Source: Acholeplasmataceae bacterium (GTDB lineage Bacteria; Bacillota_I; Bacilli_A; Acholeplasmatales; Acholeplasmataceae). From it: a stretch of DNA of 64,000 nucleotides. Shown in pieces: positions 10,829-21,490 of the stretch. Positions within the stretch are counted from its first letter, which is position 1. Each line of letters begins with the position of its first letter. The stretch lies in the NCBI GenBank assembly GCA_963667565.1, contig OY763415.1, positions 1,664,001 to 1,728,000 of the forward strand, written 5' to 3'. Made by a program: the position numbers and the translations under genes. A model generated the notes under the pieces. It was not told the origin of the DNA and ran no database searches. It worked only from the letters and a program-made list of their open reading frames with translations.

Positions 10829-11941
10829 ATGGAACTATTTCGTTTTTATCAAATAGATTTATATGCGATCGCTTTACTTTTGGTTATCTTATTTGTCATT
10901 AAAATTAACCAAAAGAAATTTTCATATCGTTTAAAGATTTTTAAAACTTTCATATATTCGGCACTTCTTATTTTAATTTTCGAGTGTTTTGTTTGGATGG
11001 TTGATGGTGTACCAGGATCTTTTTTTAGATTTTTGGTCTATTTCACCAATTCGGTATTGATTGTTGTTGCAGTGATGATGCCTGCAATTCTATCATATTA
11101 TGTTGAATTTACGATTTTTCAAGATCAACAGAAACTTAGAAAAAAATTACCTTACTATTTCATACCTTCAGGTATGATGCTTATCCTATCTTTAATTAAT
11201 GCTATCCATCCGATTTTATTTACAGTTGATGCAAATAATAAATATGCTGATTTACCACTGTTATGGGTTGCTATTGGTATTACATTAGTCATTTATGTGT
11301 ATTTAGTCTATTTAGTGATTAGAAATAGACATAAACTACAAACTAAATATTTAGTCGGTGTTTTAGTGTTTATTGCAATCCCTATTATTGGTAGTGCAAT
11401 CCAAATGATATTTTATGGATTGCTTGTAACATGGTCACTTACAGCGTTAGCGATTACTTATATGTATTTAGTTTTTGAAACAACCTCAAGTAATGTTGAT
11501 TACTTAACAGGTGTATCAACAAGAAGATATGCAGAAGAATATATTGATCATTTAATCAATAAGAGACAAGCGTTTGATATCTATATGATTGATGTGGATA
11601 ATTTTAAAGCTTTAAATGATGAATATGGTCATATTGAAGGCGATAAGATCTTAATTGATATTGCTAATATTTTAAAAAAAGTATTTCCAAATCAAAGTGT
11701 CGTCTCACGTTATGGTGGCGATGAGTTTATTGTTGCGTCCACTGATTTTAGTAGAACACAAGAAGAAATTAGAAAGACACATCAAGCATGTAAACTTAAA
11801 AACAATAATCCGCTTAAAGATAAAGTTAATTGTAGTATAGGATATTATCACTACAATGGAGAAGCACTCACATTAGATCAAGTGATTATGAAAGCTGATC
11901 AAGAGATGTATCTTGTTAAATTAGAACATAAGAAATCATAA
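10829..11941 (+). CDS. Membrane-bound diguanylate cyclase (GGDEF)
   Basis: About 7 N-terminal TMs; DYLTG, IDVDNFK..ND.YGH..GD and RYGGDEF motifs. Confidence 0.9.
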   Translation: MELFRFYQIDLYAIALLLVILFVIKINQKKFSYRLKIFKTFIYSALLILIFECFVWMVDGVPGSFFRFLVYFTNSVLIVVAVMMPAILSYYVEFTIFQDQQKLRKKLPYYFIPSGMMLILSLINAIHPILFTVDANNKYADLPLLWVAIGITLVIYVYLVYLVIRNRHKLQTKYLVGVLVFIAIPIIGSAIQMIFYGLLVTWSLTALAITYMYLVFETTSSNVDYLTGVSTRRYAEEYIDHLINKRQAFDIYMIDVDNFKALNDEYGHIEGDKILIDIANILKKVFPNQSVVSRYGGDEFIVASTDFSRTQEEIRKTHQACKLKNNNPLKDKVNCSIGYYHYNGEALTLDQVIMKADQEMYLVKLEHKKS

Positions 11942-12007
11942 AAACATTTTAATATAAAATGATATTGTCGTATAATAAAGATAGAATAGTTCACGGGGGA
12001 TAAGGCA

Positions 12008-12850
12008 ATGTTTGAATATATTAATCAACAAAAACGCATATATAAAAGAAAAATGAAGATAGGATTTTTTATTACGATTCTATCTTTTGTTTTATTTTTT
12101 CCTGTGGTTTTATCGATGGGAATCGCAGGATTTTTTATCATATCAATTCCATTTATGGGTGGTTTTATCTATGCAGGTAGATGGGGTACAAAAATCAATC
12201 AATTAAGTCAAATGGTTAAAAGTGAATACGTATTACCAGAATTACAAAAAATGATTCCGGATGCGACCTATCGGATGCATGATGGATTCACTGAAGTTGA
12301 AGTGATCAACAGCGGATTACTTAGACATCAGGACAGATTTCATAGTGAAGATATGATTGAAGGTACACTTGAGGGGATTCGTTTTAAATGCAGTGATGTT
12401 AAACAAGAAGATGTGAGCACTGACTCTAAGGGACATACACATACAACCACTGTGTTTGAAGGAAGATTCTATCAATTTGATTTTCCAAAAACATTTGAGA
12501 AAATGATTGTGATTACACAACATCATCCACTTTCTTTTATCAATAAGCATAAGCTTGTTGAAACTGAAAGTATAAAGTTTAATTCTGAATTATCTGTTTA
12601 TGCAGAAGATAAACAAGCAGCGTTTTATCTATTAACACCAATATTTATGGAAAAACTTATGCGTTTAGATGAGAAGTTTAAAGATAGAATTTCATTATCA
12701 TTTATTGAGAATAAGTTGTATGTCGCTATTAATTCTGGAATAAACGCATTTGAAATACCTATCATTAAAGACGTTGATGAATCTTTGTTTCTTGAATATC
12801 AAGAAGAGATTGGTCATATTAAGATGATTATAAAAACATTAGATATTTAA
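12008..12850 (+). CDS. DUF3137-like membrane protein
   Basis: Two N-terminal TMs; SEDMIEG, TVFEGRF and FYLLTPIFME motifs. Confidence 0.65.
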   Translation: MFEYINQQKRIYKRKMKIGFFITILSFVLFFPVVLSMGIAGFFIISIPFMGGFIYAGRWGTKINQLSQMVKSEYVLPELQKMIPDATYRMHDGFTEVEVINSGLLRHQDRFHSEDMIEGTLEGIRFKCSDVKQEDVSTDSKGHTHTTTVFEGRFYQFDFPKTFEKMIVITQHHPLSFINKHKLVETESIKFNSELSVYAEDKQAAFYLLTPIFMEKLMRLDEKFKDRISLSFIENKLYVAINSGINAFEIPIIKDVDESLFLEYQEEIGHIKMIIKTLDI

Positions 12851-12868
12851 AGAGATGGAGGTATTTAT

Positions 12869-13852
12869 ATGAACATATTATTAATTGGTGGTACAGGTAT
12901 CATCAGTACAGAAGTTGTTAATAAATCGTTAGCTTTAGGACATGAAGTTACGATACTTAATAGAGGTACACATAATGACGAAGTACCTGAAGGTGTAGAA
13001 ATCATTATTGGTCATATCAACCACGAAGATGAAGTCAATCAATTATTAAAAGGCAGACACTTTGATACGATTGTTGAGTTTGTTGGATTTACTGTTGATG
13101 ATATTAAAAGAGATGTAAGACTCTTTAAGGGTATATGTGATCAATATATTTTTATAAGCAGCGCAAGCGCTTATCAAAAACCAGTGATAGATTATCCAAT
13201 CACAGAAGAAACACCACTTGATAATCCATATTGGGAGTATAGTAGAAATAAAGCTGATTGTGAATCTTATTTAAAAACTGTAGACGATTTTAATTGGACA
13301 ATTGTAAGACCTTCACATACCTATAATAATCAAATGATTATGTCATCAGTATCTTGGTGGGGAGCTGAATATGCCCATATCAAGCGATTAAAAGAAGGAA
13401 GACCAGTCATTATTCCTGGTGATGGAACAAGCCTTTGGACCATCACGCATGCCAGCGATTTTGCCAATAGTTTCATCTATTTATTTGGAAATAAAAAGAC
13501 ATATCATGAAACATATCACATCACAGGTGAACGCGTATACACATGGGAAAGATTAACTGAGATTATGGCAAACGCTTTAGGTGTTAAACCTCATATTATT
13601 CATATCCCAACAGATGCGATCATTAAAGTATTTCCTGAACTTGAAGGACCTTTATTAGGTGATAAGATTTGGAGTGCAATCTTTGATAATTCTAAAATCA
13701 AAGACATTAGCAAAGCATACAGTTCACATATTGGATATGAAGATGTTGTAGATCAAGTGATTGCATATTATGAAGCGCATAAAGAGTTGCAACACATCGA
13801 TGATCATTTTGAAGAACGATATGATCAATTAATTAAGAATTACATAAAATAA
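12869..13852 (+). CDS. NAD-dependent epimerase/dehydratase (extended SDR)
   Basis: GGTGIIS, ISSASAY, YSRNK (YxxxK) and IVRPSHTY motifs. Confidence 0.88.
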   Translation: MNILLIGGTGIISTEVVNKSLALGHEVTILNRGTHNDEVPEGVEIIIGHINHEDEVNQLLKGRHFDTIVEFVGFTVDDIKRDVRLFKGICDQYIFISSASAYQKPVIDYPITEETPLDNPYWEYSRNKADCESYLKTVDDFNWTIVRPSHTYNNQMIMSSVSWWGAEYAHIKRLKEGRPVIIPGDGTSLWTITHASDFANSFIYLFGNKKTYHETYHITGERVYTWERLTEIMANALGVKPHIIHIPTDAIIKVFPELEGPLLGDKIWSAIFDNSKIKDISKAYSSHIGYEDVVDQVIAYYEAHKELQHIDDHFEERYDQLIKNYIK

Positions 13853-13863
13853 AAGAGGTTCAT

Positions 13864-14685
13864 ATGAAAAAACAAAAAATAGTTCAACTCATAGATATAG
13901 TGATGTATTTCAATGTTATTGTCTTTATTGGATCAGGAATAATCGCAATAAATCAAAACAATAACTATTATTTATTTTTTATATGCGTGGGTATATTAAA
14001 TATTATTTTTATCGCATTAACAATGAGACTTAGAATTAATTATAATAAATCAATACTTAAAAAAATAGAAAATGAAATTATCACTGAAGCTTCAATGTCA
14101 AAAGAATCAAAAGAAGCATTTACAAATGCAAAACAAGAGTTTTTGGAAAGCAGAATTGAAGCAGAGATAATGGCTAAAATGCCAAATTCTAAAGTCATAA
14201 GAAATGCTTATGTACCTCGTACAGATGGGAAAACATCTGAAATTGATTTAATAGTCATAAATATGCAAGGTATTTTTATCATAGAAGCAAAAAATATTAC
14301 AGGTCAAATAAAAGGTAACTGGAAGGATGACAAATCACTTAAAGTATTACATCCAGGAGGAAAAGAATATTCTATTGTTAATCCTATCGAACAAAACACG
14401 CAACATTTTTATAGTTTAAGAAATTACCTTGGACTTAAATCAGAATATTTTAGAAGTATTATCGTTTTTGGTGATTTAAGTTACATAGAAAATATATATA
14501 AAACACCATATCATGCGGAAGTCTGTCAATTGGATGGTTTAATTAATTCAATGAACAGAATTGCAAACCGATATGGAACGACATTGGAAGCACATAATAT
14601 TGATAACATTTTTAATAACCTACTCAAATTTGTAGAGTTTAGTAAAGAGAAAAAAGAACAGCATATAAAAAACATAAGTCAATAA
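13864..14685 (+). CDS. Membrane-anchored NERD (nuclease-related domain) protein
   Basis: Two TMs, then SEIDLIVI...GIFIIEAKN..G...NPIEQN. Confidence 0.8.
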   Translation: MKKQKIVQLIDIVMYFNVIVFIGSGIIAINQNNNYYLFFICVGILNIIFIALTMRLRINYNKSILKKIENEIITEASMSKESKEAFTNAKQEFLESRIEAEIMAKMPNSKVIRNAYVPRTDGKTSEIDLIVINMQGIFIIEAKNITGQIKGNWKDDKSLKVLHPGGKEYSIVNPIEQNTQHFYSLRNYLGLKSEYFRSIIVFGDLSYIENIYKTPYHAEVCQLDGLINSMNRIANRYGTTLEAHNIDNIFNNLLKFVEFSKEKKEQHIKNISQ

Positions 14686-14709
14686 TCTTTGATTGATTGA
14701 ATTAATGAG

Positions 14710-15570
14710 GTGATCAAGATGTTTAAAACAGATTTTAGACAACATACTATCTTCTATACGCTTAAGAAGTATATGAGGATATTAAGCAAAGTTACTAAAA
14801 AGAAATATGTAACGATTTCTCATCCAAGCTTTAGCAAAGAATTAAGAACACAATTGATTCTTGTCATCAAGCAAAAATTAAAAATGAATGATGCTCAAGC
14901 ATCATATCTTTTGGATGCTCACACCATCAAAGACATCAATCAGATCAAACCACATTTATTGTCTTTAGATGAACATCCAAAAGACATGAAATATTTTGCA
15001 ATGGGTGAATTTTACTATAGAGTCATAGAACATTCGAAATATCAGATTTTAAATTCATTAAGTGTGGTACTGACTGTTATTTTTATCATCAGTGCATTTG
15101 TTTTTATGAGTGCTGGAGTTGATGTTAAACTTACCCTTATTTTTATAGGTTTATATATGAGTTTCTTTATTCTTTTAAATTTAAGTATTCAAATATACTA
15201 TCGTCAAATATTAAGGTTGAAACTTGATTTAAGATATCCATCTGAAGATAGAGTTGAAGGGCAAATCATTAAAATAAAATTTTATGAAATCTTAAGTATA
15301 AGAAGTAGAGGTTTAAACAGTTTTCATATGTATGGACTAAAACTTGTATTACAAAATGAATCTGGTAAGTTTAAAGTCATCTATCCATTTCTTGACCATG
15401 ACATTTCTATTTATGGAAACAAAGATCAAAATACCTTTAGAATAAAAAATCAAATACTTAACGAATTAAAAAAGGAAGAAACAATAGAAGTGTCGTATTT
15501 ATCATATAGTAAGATGATTACATACTCGAGCATTGATTTTAATCAAATCATTGACAAAATAAATCATTAG
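14710..15570 (+). CDS. Hypothetical membrane protein
   Basis: 286-aa ORF with two central TMs in an operon-like arrangement. Confidence 0.6.
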   Translation: MIKMFKTDFRQHTIFYTLKKYMRILSKVTKKKYVTISHPSFSKELRTQLILVIKQKLKMNDAQASYLLDAHTIKDINQIKPHLLSLDEHPKDMKYFAMGEFYYRVIEHSKYQILNSLSVVLTVIFIISAFVFMSAGVDVKLTLIFIGLYMSFFILLNLSIQIYYRQILRLKLDLRYPSEDRVEGQIIKIKFYEILSIRSRGLNSFHMYGLKLVLQNESGKFKVIYPFLDHDISIYGNKDQNTFRIKNQILNELKKEETIEVSYLSYSKMITYSSIDFNQIIDKINH

Positions 15571-15580
15571 GTGTTTTTAT

Positions 15581-15850
15581 ATGTATAGAATAACACTAGC
15601 AAAGGATTTAACATATAAGGGACAAATCATAAGAAGACTAATCGTCACAAGTATCATGATTCCATTTGAAATCATTGTTTTATTAACAATTCCTTATTAT
15701 ATTTTTATAGGTAAAGATGCATTTTCATCCGTTTCTGATTTAATAGCATATAGTGCAATCGTATTTATCATCTTTAGTTCTACTTTAGGTGTGATGATAA
15801 ATGAAGCTAAGGTGTGTATTAAAAGATTAAAAAATAAAGCATATCTATAA
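15581..15850 (+). CDS. Small hypothetical membrane protein
   Basis: 89 aa, two TMs, followed by a terminator. Confidence 0.6.
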   Translation: MYRITLAKDLTYKGQIIRRLIVTSIMIPFEIIVLLTIPYYIFIGKDAFSSVSDLIAYSAIVFIIFSSTLGVMINEAKVCIKRLKNKAYL

Positions 15851-15891
15851 AAAAACATATCCATACCTTATCTGTATGGATATGTTTTTTT
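15849..15891 (+). terminator. Intrinsic terminator
   Basis: AAAAAAACATATCCATAC-CTTATCT-GTATGGATATGTTTTTTT. Confidence 0.85.
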
Positions 15892-16144
15892 GGTATTATC
15901 ACATAAAAACCAAAATCGTATTTAGAGAAATTAACAATTTGCTTTCACGAGATGATTTGATTATAAAAGGTTCAGTTTGCTAATGAATCAGTATGGTGTA
16001 GACTAATTATTAAAGATAATTAAGATAATTTTAAATGAACATGTTAATAATAAAAGAAATTAAATATGATGATATACTAGATATGACACTTTATGAAGTG
16101 TATAATATTAATATATTGAAAAATGAAAATATGGAGGGCATAAT

Positions 16145-16408
16145 ATGAATTTTATAGATACTAAATATAGATATGACACACAATTGTTAATAGAAGGCAA
16201 TGATTTATCGGAAGATGTAATTATTGATTATTTTCAAAAAAACTTTGAAGGAGATTGCTTACTAGTTGTCGGAGATCCTGAGCTTATTAAAGTGCATTAT
16301 CATACGAATGAACCTTGGTTAGTTTTAGCTTATTGCAAAACTTTAGGTGAAATATTTGATATTGTTATTGAAGATATGGTTCGTCAATCAAATGGTTTAA
16401 AAGGATAA
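16145..16408 (+). CDS. Stand-alone DAK2/FakA(YloV) middle-domain-like protein
   Basis: YRYDTQLLI, GDCLLVVGD..LIKVHYHTNEP and GEIFDIVIEDM match the central domain of YloV/FakA proteins; RBS GGAGG. Confidence 0.65.
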   Translation: MNFIDTKYRYDTQLLIEGNDLSEDVIIDYFQKNFEGDCLLVVGDPELIKVHYHTNEPWLVLAYCKTLGEIFDIVIEDMVRQSNGLKG

Positions 16409-16421
16409 GTAGTATGTAATG

Positions 16422-16459
16422 ATAGAGTAGACTATTTCATAAATGTCTACTCTTTTTTT
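16422..16459. terminator. Terminator between convergent genes
   Basis: AGAGTAGAC...GTCTACTCT-TTTTTT. Confidence 0.65.
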
Positions 16460-16486
16460 ATGTCTATTAAATTAAAAATAAATTTA

Positions 16487-17608
16487 TTATTCTTCCCCAT
16501 GGCCTGCAATTTCTGCTATTTCTGAAATTTGTCTATTTAAATCATCACCTAAACCCTCGATATCATTGCTTATGAAGCCGCGAACAATCATTGATATTGC
16601 CTGCATCTCATCCATGCCTCTGGTCATCAAATATTCAACGCTTTCTGGCGATATTTTTCCAATGCTTGCTTCATGACTCATATGTGCATCTTCATGATGA
16701 GATTCTAATCCTGGAATGGATTGGATTAATCCGGTTTTTGTTTGATTGAGTATCATACCAGCACAATCTATATGAGCTCTACAAGGTGCATTGGCAATTA
16801 ATAATCCACCTTGGTGTAGCGTTCCCCCTGTGCAAACACCACGATGTAATAATTCAGCGCTTGTGTTTTTTGCATTCAAATAAATATTTCCTTCTGTGTT
16901 GATTGTAGATCCAGGTGTACCTAAAACGACTGTTAAATATTTTGCAGAAGCATTTTCCCCATTTAAATAGGTCATTGGATTGCTATGAATTATTTTTGCT
17001 GGTTCAATTGAAATATAATTATTCTCATAATATCCATTTTCTGAAACAATTGCAGCACTTCTAGGAAATACTTTCATATGAGAACCCCAAGAATGAATCA
17101 TTGTTGATTTTAACTTTGCATGTTTACCGACATAGTATTCTTCAACTGCAATATGTGTTCGTTCATGATCAAATTTATCTGAAGTACAACCTGTAATTAA
17201 TTCTAGTTCTGAATCCTCTTCTAATATAACGATGTTATGAATGGTTTGTTTTAATAAATCACTAAGAATAAACATAGCAGCTTGACAGGGTAAAGAAACT
17301 TTAACACCCTTTTTCACTCTGATGAAAAAACCAATGGGTCTTTTTTGTTTTGAACACTCTAAAGTAACTTCATCATAATTTGCTGGAACAGCAACAAAAG
17401 AATAGTCTTTCAACCAAGGATACATAGATAGTGCCTGTCCAATGGGTAAATATTCATAATTTTCAGAAGAAGAGTCATTCTTTTCTAATAAAACTGTTTG
17501 CTCATTATGGATAATCATTGTTGCAGAACGTTTTTCATTATCTAAATCAATACCTACTTTAGATAGGTGGTCTTTAAAATTAATTTCATCTCTATTATAC
17601 ATTTTCAC
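16487..17608 (-). CDS. sufB: SufB/SufD-family Fe-S scaffold (SmsB-type minimal SUF)
   Basis: Beta-helix motifs HNIVILEE, MIHSWG, AHIDC, SHEASIGKI and YLMTRGM..AISMIVRGF. Confidence 0.8.
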   Translation of the reverse strand: MKMYNRDEINFKDHLSKVGIDLDNEKRSATMIIHNEQTVLLEKNDSSSENYEYLPIGQALSMYPWLKDYSFVAVPANYDEVTLECSKQKRPIGFFIRVKKGVKVSLPCQAAMFILSDLLKQTIHNIVILEEDSELELITGCTSDKFDHERTHIAVEEYYVGKHAKLKSTMIHSWGSHMKVFPRSAAIVSENGYYENNYISIEPAKIIHSNPMTYLNGENASAKYLTVVLGTPGSTINTEGNIYLNAKNTSAELLHRGVCTGGTLHQGGLLIANAPCRAHIDCAGMILNQTKTGLIQSIPGLESHHEDAHMSHEASIGKISPESVEYLMTRGMDEMQAISMIVRGFISNDIEGLGDDLNRQISEIAEIAGHGEE

Positions 17609-18360
17609 AAACGATCTTCCATTTCACGAATACAAGATTCATATCCTATTTCTTTGATTTTTTTTAACAAAACATCGGGGTTACCTGAACATTTGATTTT
17701 CCCTTGATCCATGATATGAGCCTTATCAATATTCAAATAGTCTAAAATTTGACCACTATGCGTAATAATGATGCCTGATGTCATTGAATTTTCTTTTTTT
17801 GAAAGTAATTCTTGTAGTAAATTTCCAATGAGATTCAATGCTTCAATATCAATTCCAGAATCAGGTTCGTCCATCATAGAAAAAACAGGTCTCATCGTTA
17901 ATAGTTGAAGTAATTCAACTCTTTTAATTTCACCTCCGGATAAATTCACATTTATGGATCGTTTAAGAAATTCTTTTGTTTGTGTTTTTGATGTTAAGGC
18001 ATGAAGCATGTGTTCTGGTTCAGGGTTATCTCTTAACATAAATTCTAAAATATCTTTAAGTTTAACACCAGAAATGCTTGGTGGTCTTTGTTGAGCAATT
18101 GCGATACCTATTTGAGCACGTTCGGGGATACTTAATTCATTAATATTTTCCCCCTTATAAAGAATTTCACCTGAAACAATATGATATTTTGAAAAACCCA
18201 TAATTGTTTGAATTAATGTTGTTTTTCCACTACCATTTTTTCCTAATAATGCATGAACTTCCCCTTCGGGAATTACCAAATTAAGATCATTAAGTATTTG
18301 TTTCCCATCGACACTTACGCATAGATCTTTGATTTCAAGTATATTTTTATAATGATTCAT
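17605..18360 (-). CDS. sufC: SufC-family ABC ATPase (SmsC-type)
   Basis: GKNGSGKT, LSGGEIKR and DEPDSGID motifs; 4-nt overlap with the sufB-like gene. Confidence 0.85.
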   Translation of the reverse strand: MNHYKNILEIKDLCVSVDGKQILNDLNLVIPEGEVHALLGKNGSGKTTLIQTIMGFSKYHIVSGEILYKGENINELSIPERAQIGIAIAQQRPPSISGVKLKDILEFMLRDNPEPEHMLHALTSKTQTKEFLKRSINVNLSGGEIKRVELLQLLTMRPVFSMMDEPDSGIDIEALNLIGNLLQELLSKKENSMTSGIIITHSGQILDYLNIDKAHIMDQGKIKCSGNPDVLLKKIKEIGYESCIREMEDRL

Positions 18361-18503
18361 TTTTTCACCTTCTTTACAATTAGTGTAGTCCTAAAAAATG
18401 TAGAATGCACGTGATGTTATAAAAAAAATTTTCATGATAAAATCATGGTTTTTAAATATATAGTTACCCAATTTCATTTGATCATTCATTTTTATAGAAT
18501 CAC

Positions 18504-18536
18504 TTGACAAAACATTCTTAATTTGATAAATTCAAA
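18504..18536 (+). promoter_or_regulatory. feo operon promoter with palindrome over the -10
   Basis: TTGACA (18504)-17 bp-TAAATT (18527); TTTGA-TAAAT-TCAAA palindrome at 18522-18536. Confidence 0.5.
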
Positions 18537-18562
18537 ATAAGACGCAATGGAGGAAATAGAAT

Positions 18563-18790
18563 ATGGTTGAAAAATTAAGCGCATGTAAAAAAAATATCCA
18601 CTATAAAATAGTTGGTATTGAAGGAAATGAAGAAACAAATCGCTTTTTTAAACATGTTGGTATACATGTAAACGATGTGATTACATTGGTAAATATATTA
18701 AACCAGCACTACATTATATATTCAAAAGGTAGTCGCTATGCAATGGAGAAAATTCTAGCTTCTAGTCTTTTAGTTGAGCAATATGATTAA
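18563..18790 (+). CDS. feoA: Ferrous iron transport protein FeoA
   Basis: 75-aa SH3-like pattern directly upstream of the FeoB GTPase; RBS GGAGG. Confidence 0.75.
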   Translation: MVEKLSACKKNIHYKIVGIEGNEETNRFFKHVGIHVNDVITLVNILNQHYIIYSKGSRYAMEKILASSLLVEQYD

Positions 18791-19286
18791 TATTGCAATA
18801 GTAGGTAATCCCAATAGTGGTAAAACAACAATATTTAATTACTTAACAGGTCAAAATGAACGCGTAGGTAATTGGATGGGGGTAACTGTTGAAGCAAAAA
18901 TCGGGAAATTAAGAAGGCGATTAAATAAGACCAATAAAAAAATTTCCATCATTGATTTACCAGGTACATATACAATGGATGGTTATACAAAAGATGAAAT
19001 AATTGCTATTGATTATATCAAATCGCATCAAATCGATGGCATTTTAAATGTTATAGATATAGGTCAACTTGAACGCAGTTTAGTATTTACGCTAGAGTTG
19101 ATACAGTTAAACAAACCAATAGTTATTGCACTCAATAAATACGATATTGCCCAAAAAGAAGATATGGATATTGATGTGATTAAATTAGAAGAAGTTTTAA
19201 ATCAAAAAATTATTTATACACAAGCAGTAAGAAAAAAAGGACTTGAGCACGTCCTTAATCATTTATTAGATAAGGTTGGAATATAA
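18783..19286 (+). CDS. feoB: FeoB N-terminal GTPase domain (split feoB)
   Basis: GNPNSGKTTIFN, VGNW.GVTVE, DLPG and LNKYD G-motifs. Confidence 0.9.
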   Translation: MINIAIVGNPNSGKTTIFNYLTGQNERVGNWMGVTVEAKIGKLRRRLNKTNKKISIIDLPGTYTMDGYTKDEIIAIDYIKSHQIDGILNVIDIGQLERSLVFTLELIQLNKPIVIALNKYDIAQKEDMDIDVIKLEEVLNQKIIYTQAVRKKGLEHVLNHLLDKVGI

Positions 19287-19288
19287 GT

Positions 19289-20710
19289 ATGCAAGAAAAA
19301 AATGTAGATAAAGCAAAAAAAATATCCGAACTAGTCATCAAGAAGCAAAAAGAATTTAAGCCAAATAAAACTGATAAGATAGATCGAATAATGATGAATC
19401 CTATTTTAGGATTATTCATTTTTGCAGCAATCATGTTTGTTGTATTTATCATTTCTCAAACATATGTTGGCCCTTGGTTTTCAGATTATTTAATGATAGG
19501 TATTGATTGGATTGCAGGTTTAATTGAATCTTGGTTGGGACAAATGAACACCTCAGTATTTTTTACTGATCTCATTTTAGAAGGTGTCATTGGCGGATTT
19601 GCAGCAGTCATAGGATTTTTACCACTTATTATGGTTTTATTTTTCTTTTTACAATTGCTTGAAGATTCTGGATATATGGCAAGAGTCGCAGTTGTAATGG
19701 ATAGATATTTTAAAAAAATAGGACTTGCTGGTAAGTCAATTATACCTATGTATGTTGGTACAGCTTGTAGCATACCAGCCATTATGTCAAGTAGAACCAT
19801 TAAAAATGAAAAGCAAAGAAAATTAACTGTACTTTTAACACCATTTGTTCCATGTGGAGCAAAGTTACCTGTAATCGCATTATTTATAACAGTATTTTTT
19901 GGCGGTAGCGGTTTTATGACTGGTATGACTTATTTTCTTGCTATTTTAGTCATACTAGTCAGTGGTTTTACGATGAAATTCATTTTAAATGCCAAATTAG
20001 AGGAAAGATCATTTGATCAATATCACTTCATTGAATTACCAAATTATAGTATGCCATCCATTAAAAGAGCATTACGCGTGATGCTTGATCGTGCATGGGA
20101 ATTCATTAAAAAAGCAGGAACCATTATTGTTTTAATGAATGGTATAGTTTGGCTTCTTTCTAATTTTAACTTTAGTTTTGTTCTTGTAGATACGCCTAAT
20201 GAATCTATGTTGCAAGCTATTAGTAAACCATTGGCATTTTTATTGACTCCATTGGGATTTGGTGTATGGGGACTTGCTGCAGCTGCTATTTTAGGATTTA
20301 TTGCAAAAGAAGAAGTTGTTGGGGCATTAGCCATTATTTTTGCATTTGGAGTAACAGATGATTTTAGTGTTGAAAATATCAGTTTGACAAAAGAAATATT
20401 GATGACAACTGGTGGATTAACTGCAGTTAGTGCATATGCTTATATGGCATTTCAATTATTTACACCACCATGCTTTGCCGCTATAGGCGCAATGAATACG
20501 GAATTAGGTTCTAGAAAAATGACAGCATTCGCTGTACTATTCCAATTAGCAATGGGTTATGTCATTGCAATGATTATCTATCAATTGGGAACATTGATTT
20601 TTTATCATCAATTCGGGCAAGGGTTTATTGTGAGTTTATTTATATGTTTGGCCATTGTAGTATCGTATTTAATGATTAAAGTAAAAAGGATGAAAACGTT
20701 ACATGGGTAA
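19289..20710 (+). CDS. feoB: FeoB transmembrane domain (split feoB)
   Basis: LEDSGYMARVA, CSIPAIMSSR, PCGAKLP, IELP.Y and AKEEVVG motifs. Confidence 0.9.
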   Translation: MQEKNVDKAKKISELVIKKQKEFKPNKTDKIDRIMMNPILGLFIFAAIMFVVFIISQTYVGPWFSDYLMIGIDWIAGLIESWLGQMNTSVFFTDLILEGVIGGFAAVIGFLPLIMVLFFFLQLLEDSGYMARVAVVMDRYFKKIGLAGKSIIPMYVGTACSIPAIMSSRTIKNEKQRKLTVLLTPFVPCGAKLPVIALFITVFFGGSGFMTGMTYFLAILVILVSGFTMKFILNAKLEERSFDQYHFIELPNYSMPSIKRALRVMLDRAWEFIKKAGTIIVLMNGIVWLLSNFNFSFVLVDTPNESMLQAISKPLAFLLTPLGFGVWGLAAAAILGFIAKEEVVGALAIIFAFGVTDDFSVENISLTKEILMTTGGLTAVSAYAYMAFQLFTPPCFAAIGAMNTELGSRKMTAFAVLFQLAMGYVIAMIIYQLGTLIFYHQFGQGFIVSLFICLAIVVSYLMIKVKRMKTLHG

Positions 20711-20915
20711 TATAGTCAGTTTTATCATTTTATTCTCATTATACGGTTCTATTTCATACCACTTATTTAAAGGATTTAAGAAAAATGGACATTTATGCAC
20801 ATGTAAATCATGTCCTGTAAGCAAAATTATGAATAAAGATGGTAAAATAGACTTGTTATTTGCTGTTGAGCAAATGGAGAAAGAGGTCAATGATGAAAGT
20901 GGATACGGTACTTAA
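20703..20915 (+). CDS. FeoB-associated Cys-rich small membrane protein
   Basis: One TM followed by CTCKSC; overlaps the feoB end. Confidence 0.65.
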   Translation: MGNIVSFIILFSLYGSISYHLFKGFKKNGHLCTCKSCPVSKIMNKDGKIDLLFAVEQMEKEVNDESGYGT

Positions 20916-21375
20916 GAAACTTAAAAATCAAAATTTCCGACTCACAAAAGCAAGAATTGATTTGATACAATTGTTAGCAGAAAAGCCTATGAATATACAT
21001 ATGTTAGAGCAAAGCATGAAGTCGCTTGGACATCCAAACATTCAAACCATATATAACAATATTAATTTTCTATTAGACCAAAATATTATTTTTGTTATCT
21101 TAGAAAATCAAGATAAAACATATCATTTAGTTGATTCAGATGATGAAGTAACAACGAATATCAATATGAAATGTCATGCAAGTCAAGCATCTTTTCATAT
21201 AAGCAATCCAAAAGCGATTGAAGTGATTAGAAAAACTTTAGATTTAGGAAAGTTTGAAATTAACCATTTGGATATCACTATACAAGGACAATGTCATGCA
21301 ATTGATGAAGATCATTGTGAAATACAAGATACATGTATACTGAAAGAAATTGCACAAAGATATATATCAAATTAA
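20890..21375 (+). CDS. Fur-family transcriptional regulator
   Basis: RLTKARIDLIQLL, TIYNNINFL and ITIQGQC pattern; located at the end of the feo operon. Confidence 0.7.
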   Translation: MMKVDTVLKKLKNQNFRLTKARIDLIQLLAEKPMNIHMLEQSMKSLGHPNIQTIYNNINFLLDQNIIFVILENQDKTYHLVDSDDEVTTNINMKCHASQASFHISNPKAIEVIRKTLDLGKFEINHLDITIQGQCHAIDEDHCEIQDTCILKEIAQRYISN

Positions 21376-21414
21376 CATCTATAAAAAATTAATAAATATT
21401 TTAATTAAATTTAG

Positions 21415-21453
21415 AAAACTCTCCATAACCTATGTGTATGGAGATGTTTTTTT
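21415..21453 (+). terminator. Probable intrinsic terminator
   Basis: CTCCATA...TATGGAG followed by ATGTTTTTTT. Confidence 0.6.
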
Positions 21454-21490
21454 ATGGTATCATAAAATAAAACCAAGAACGAGGTGTCAT

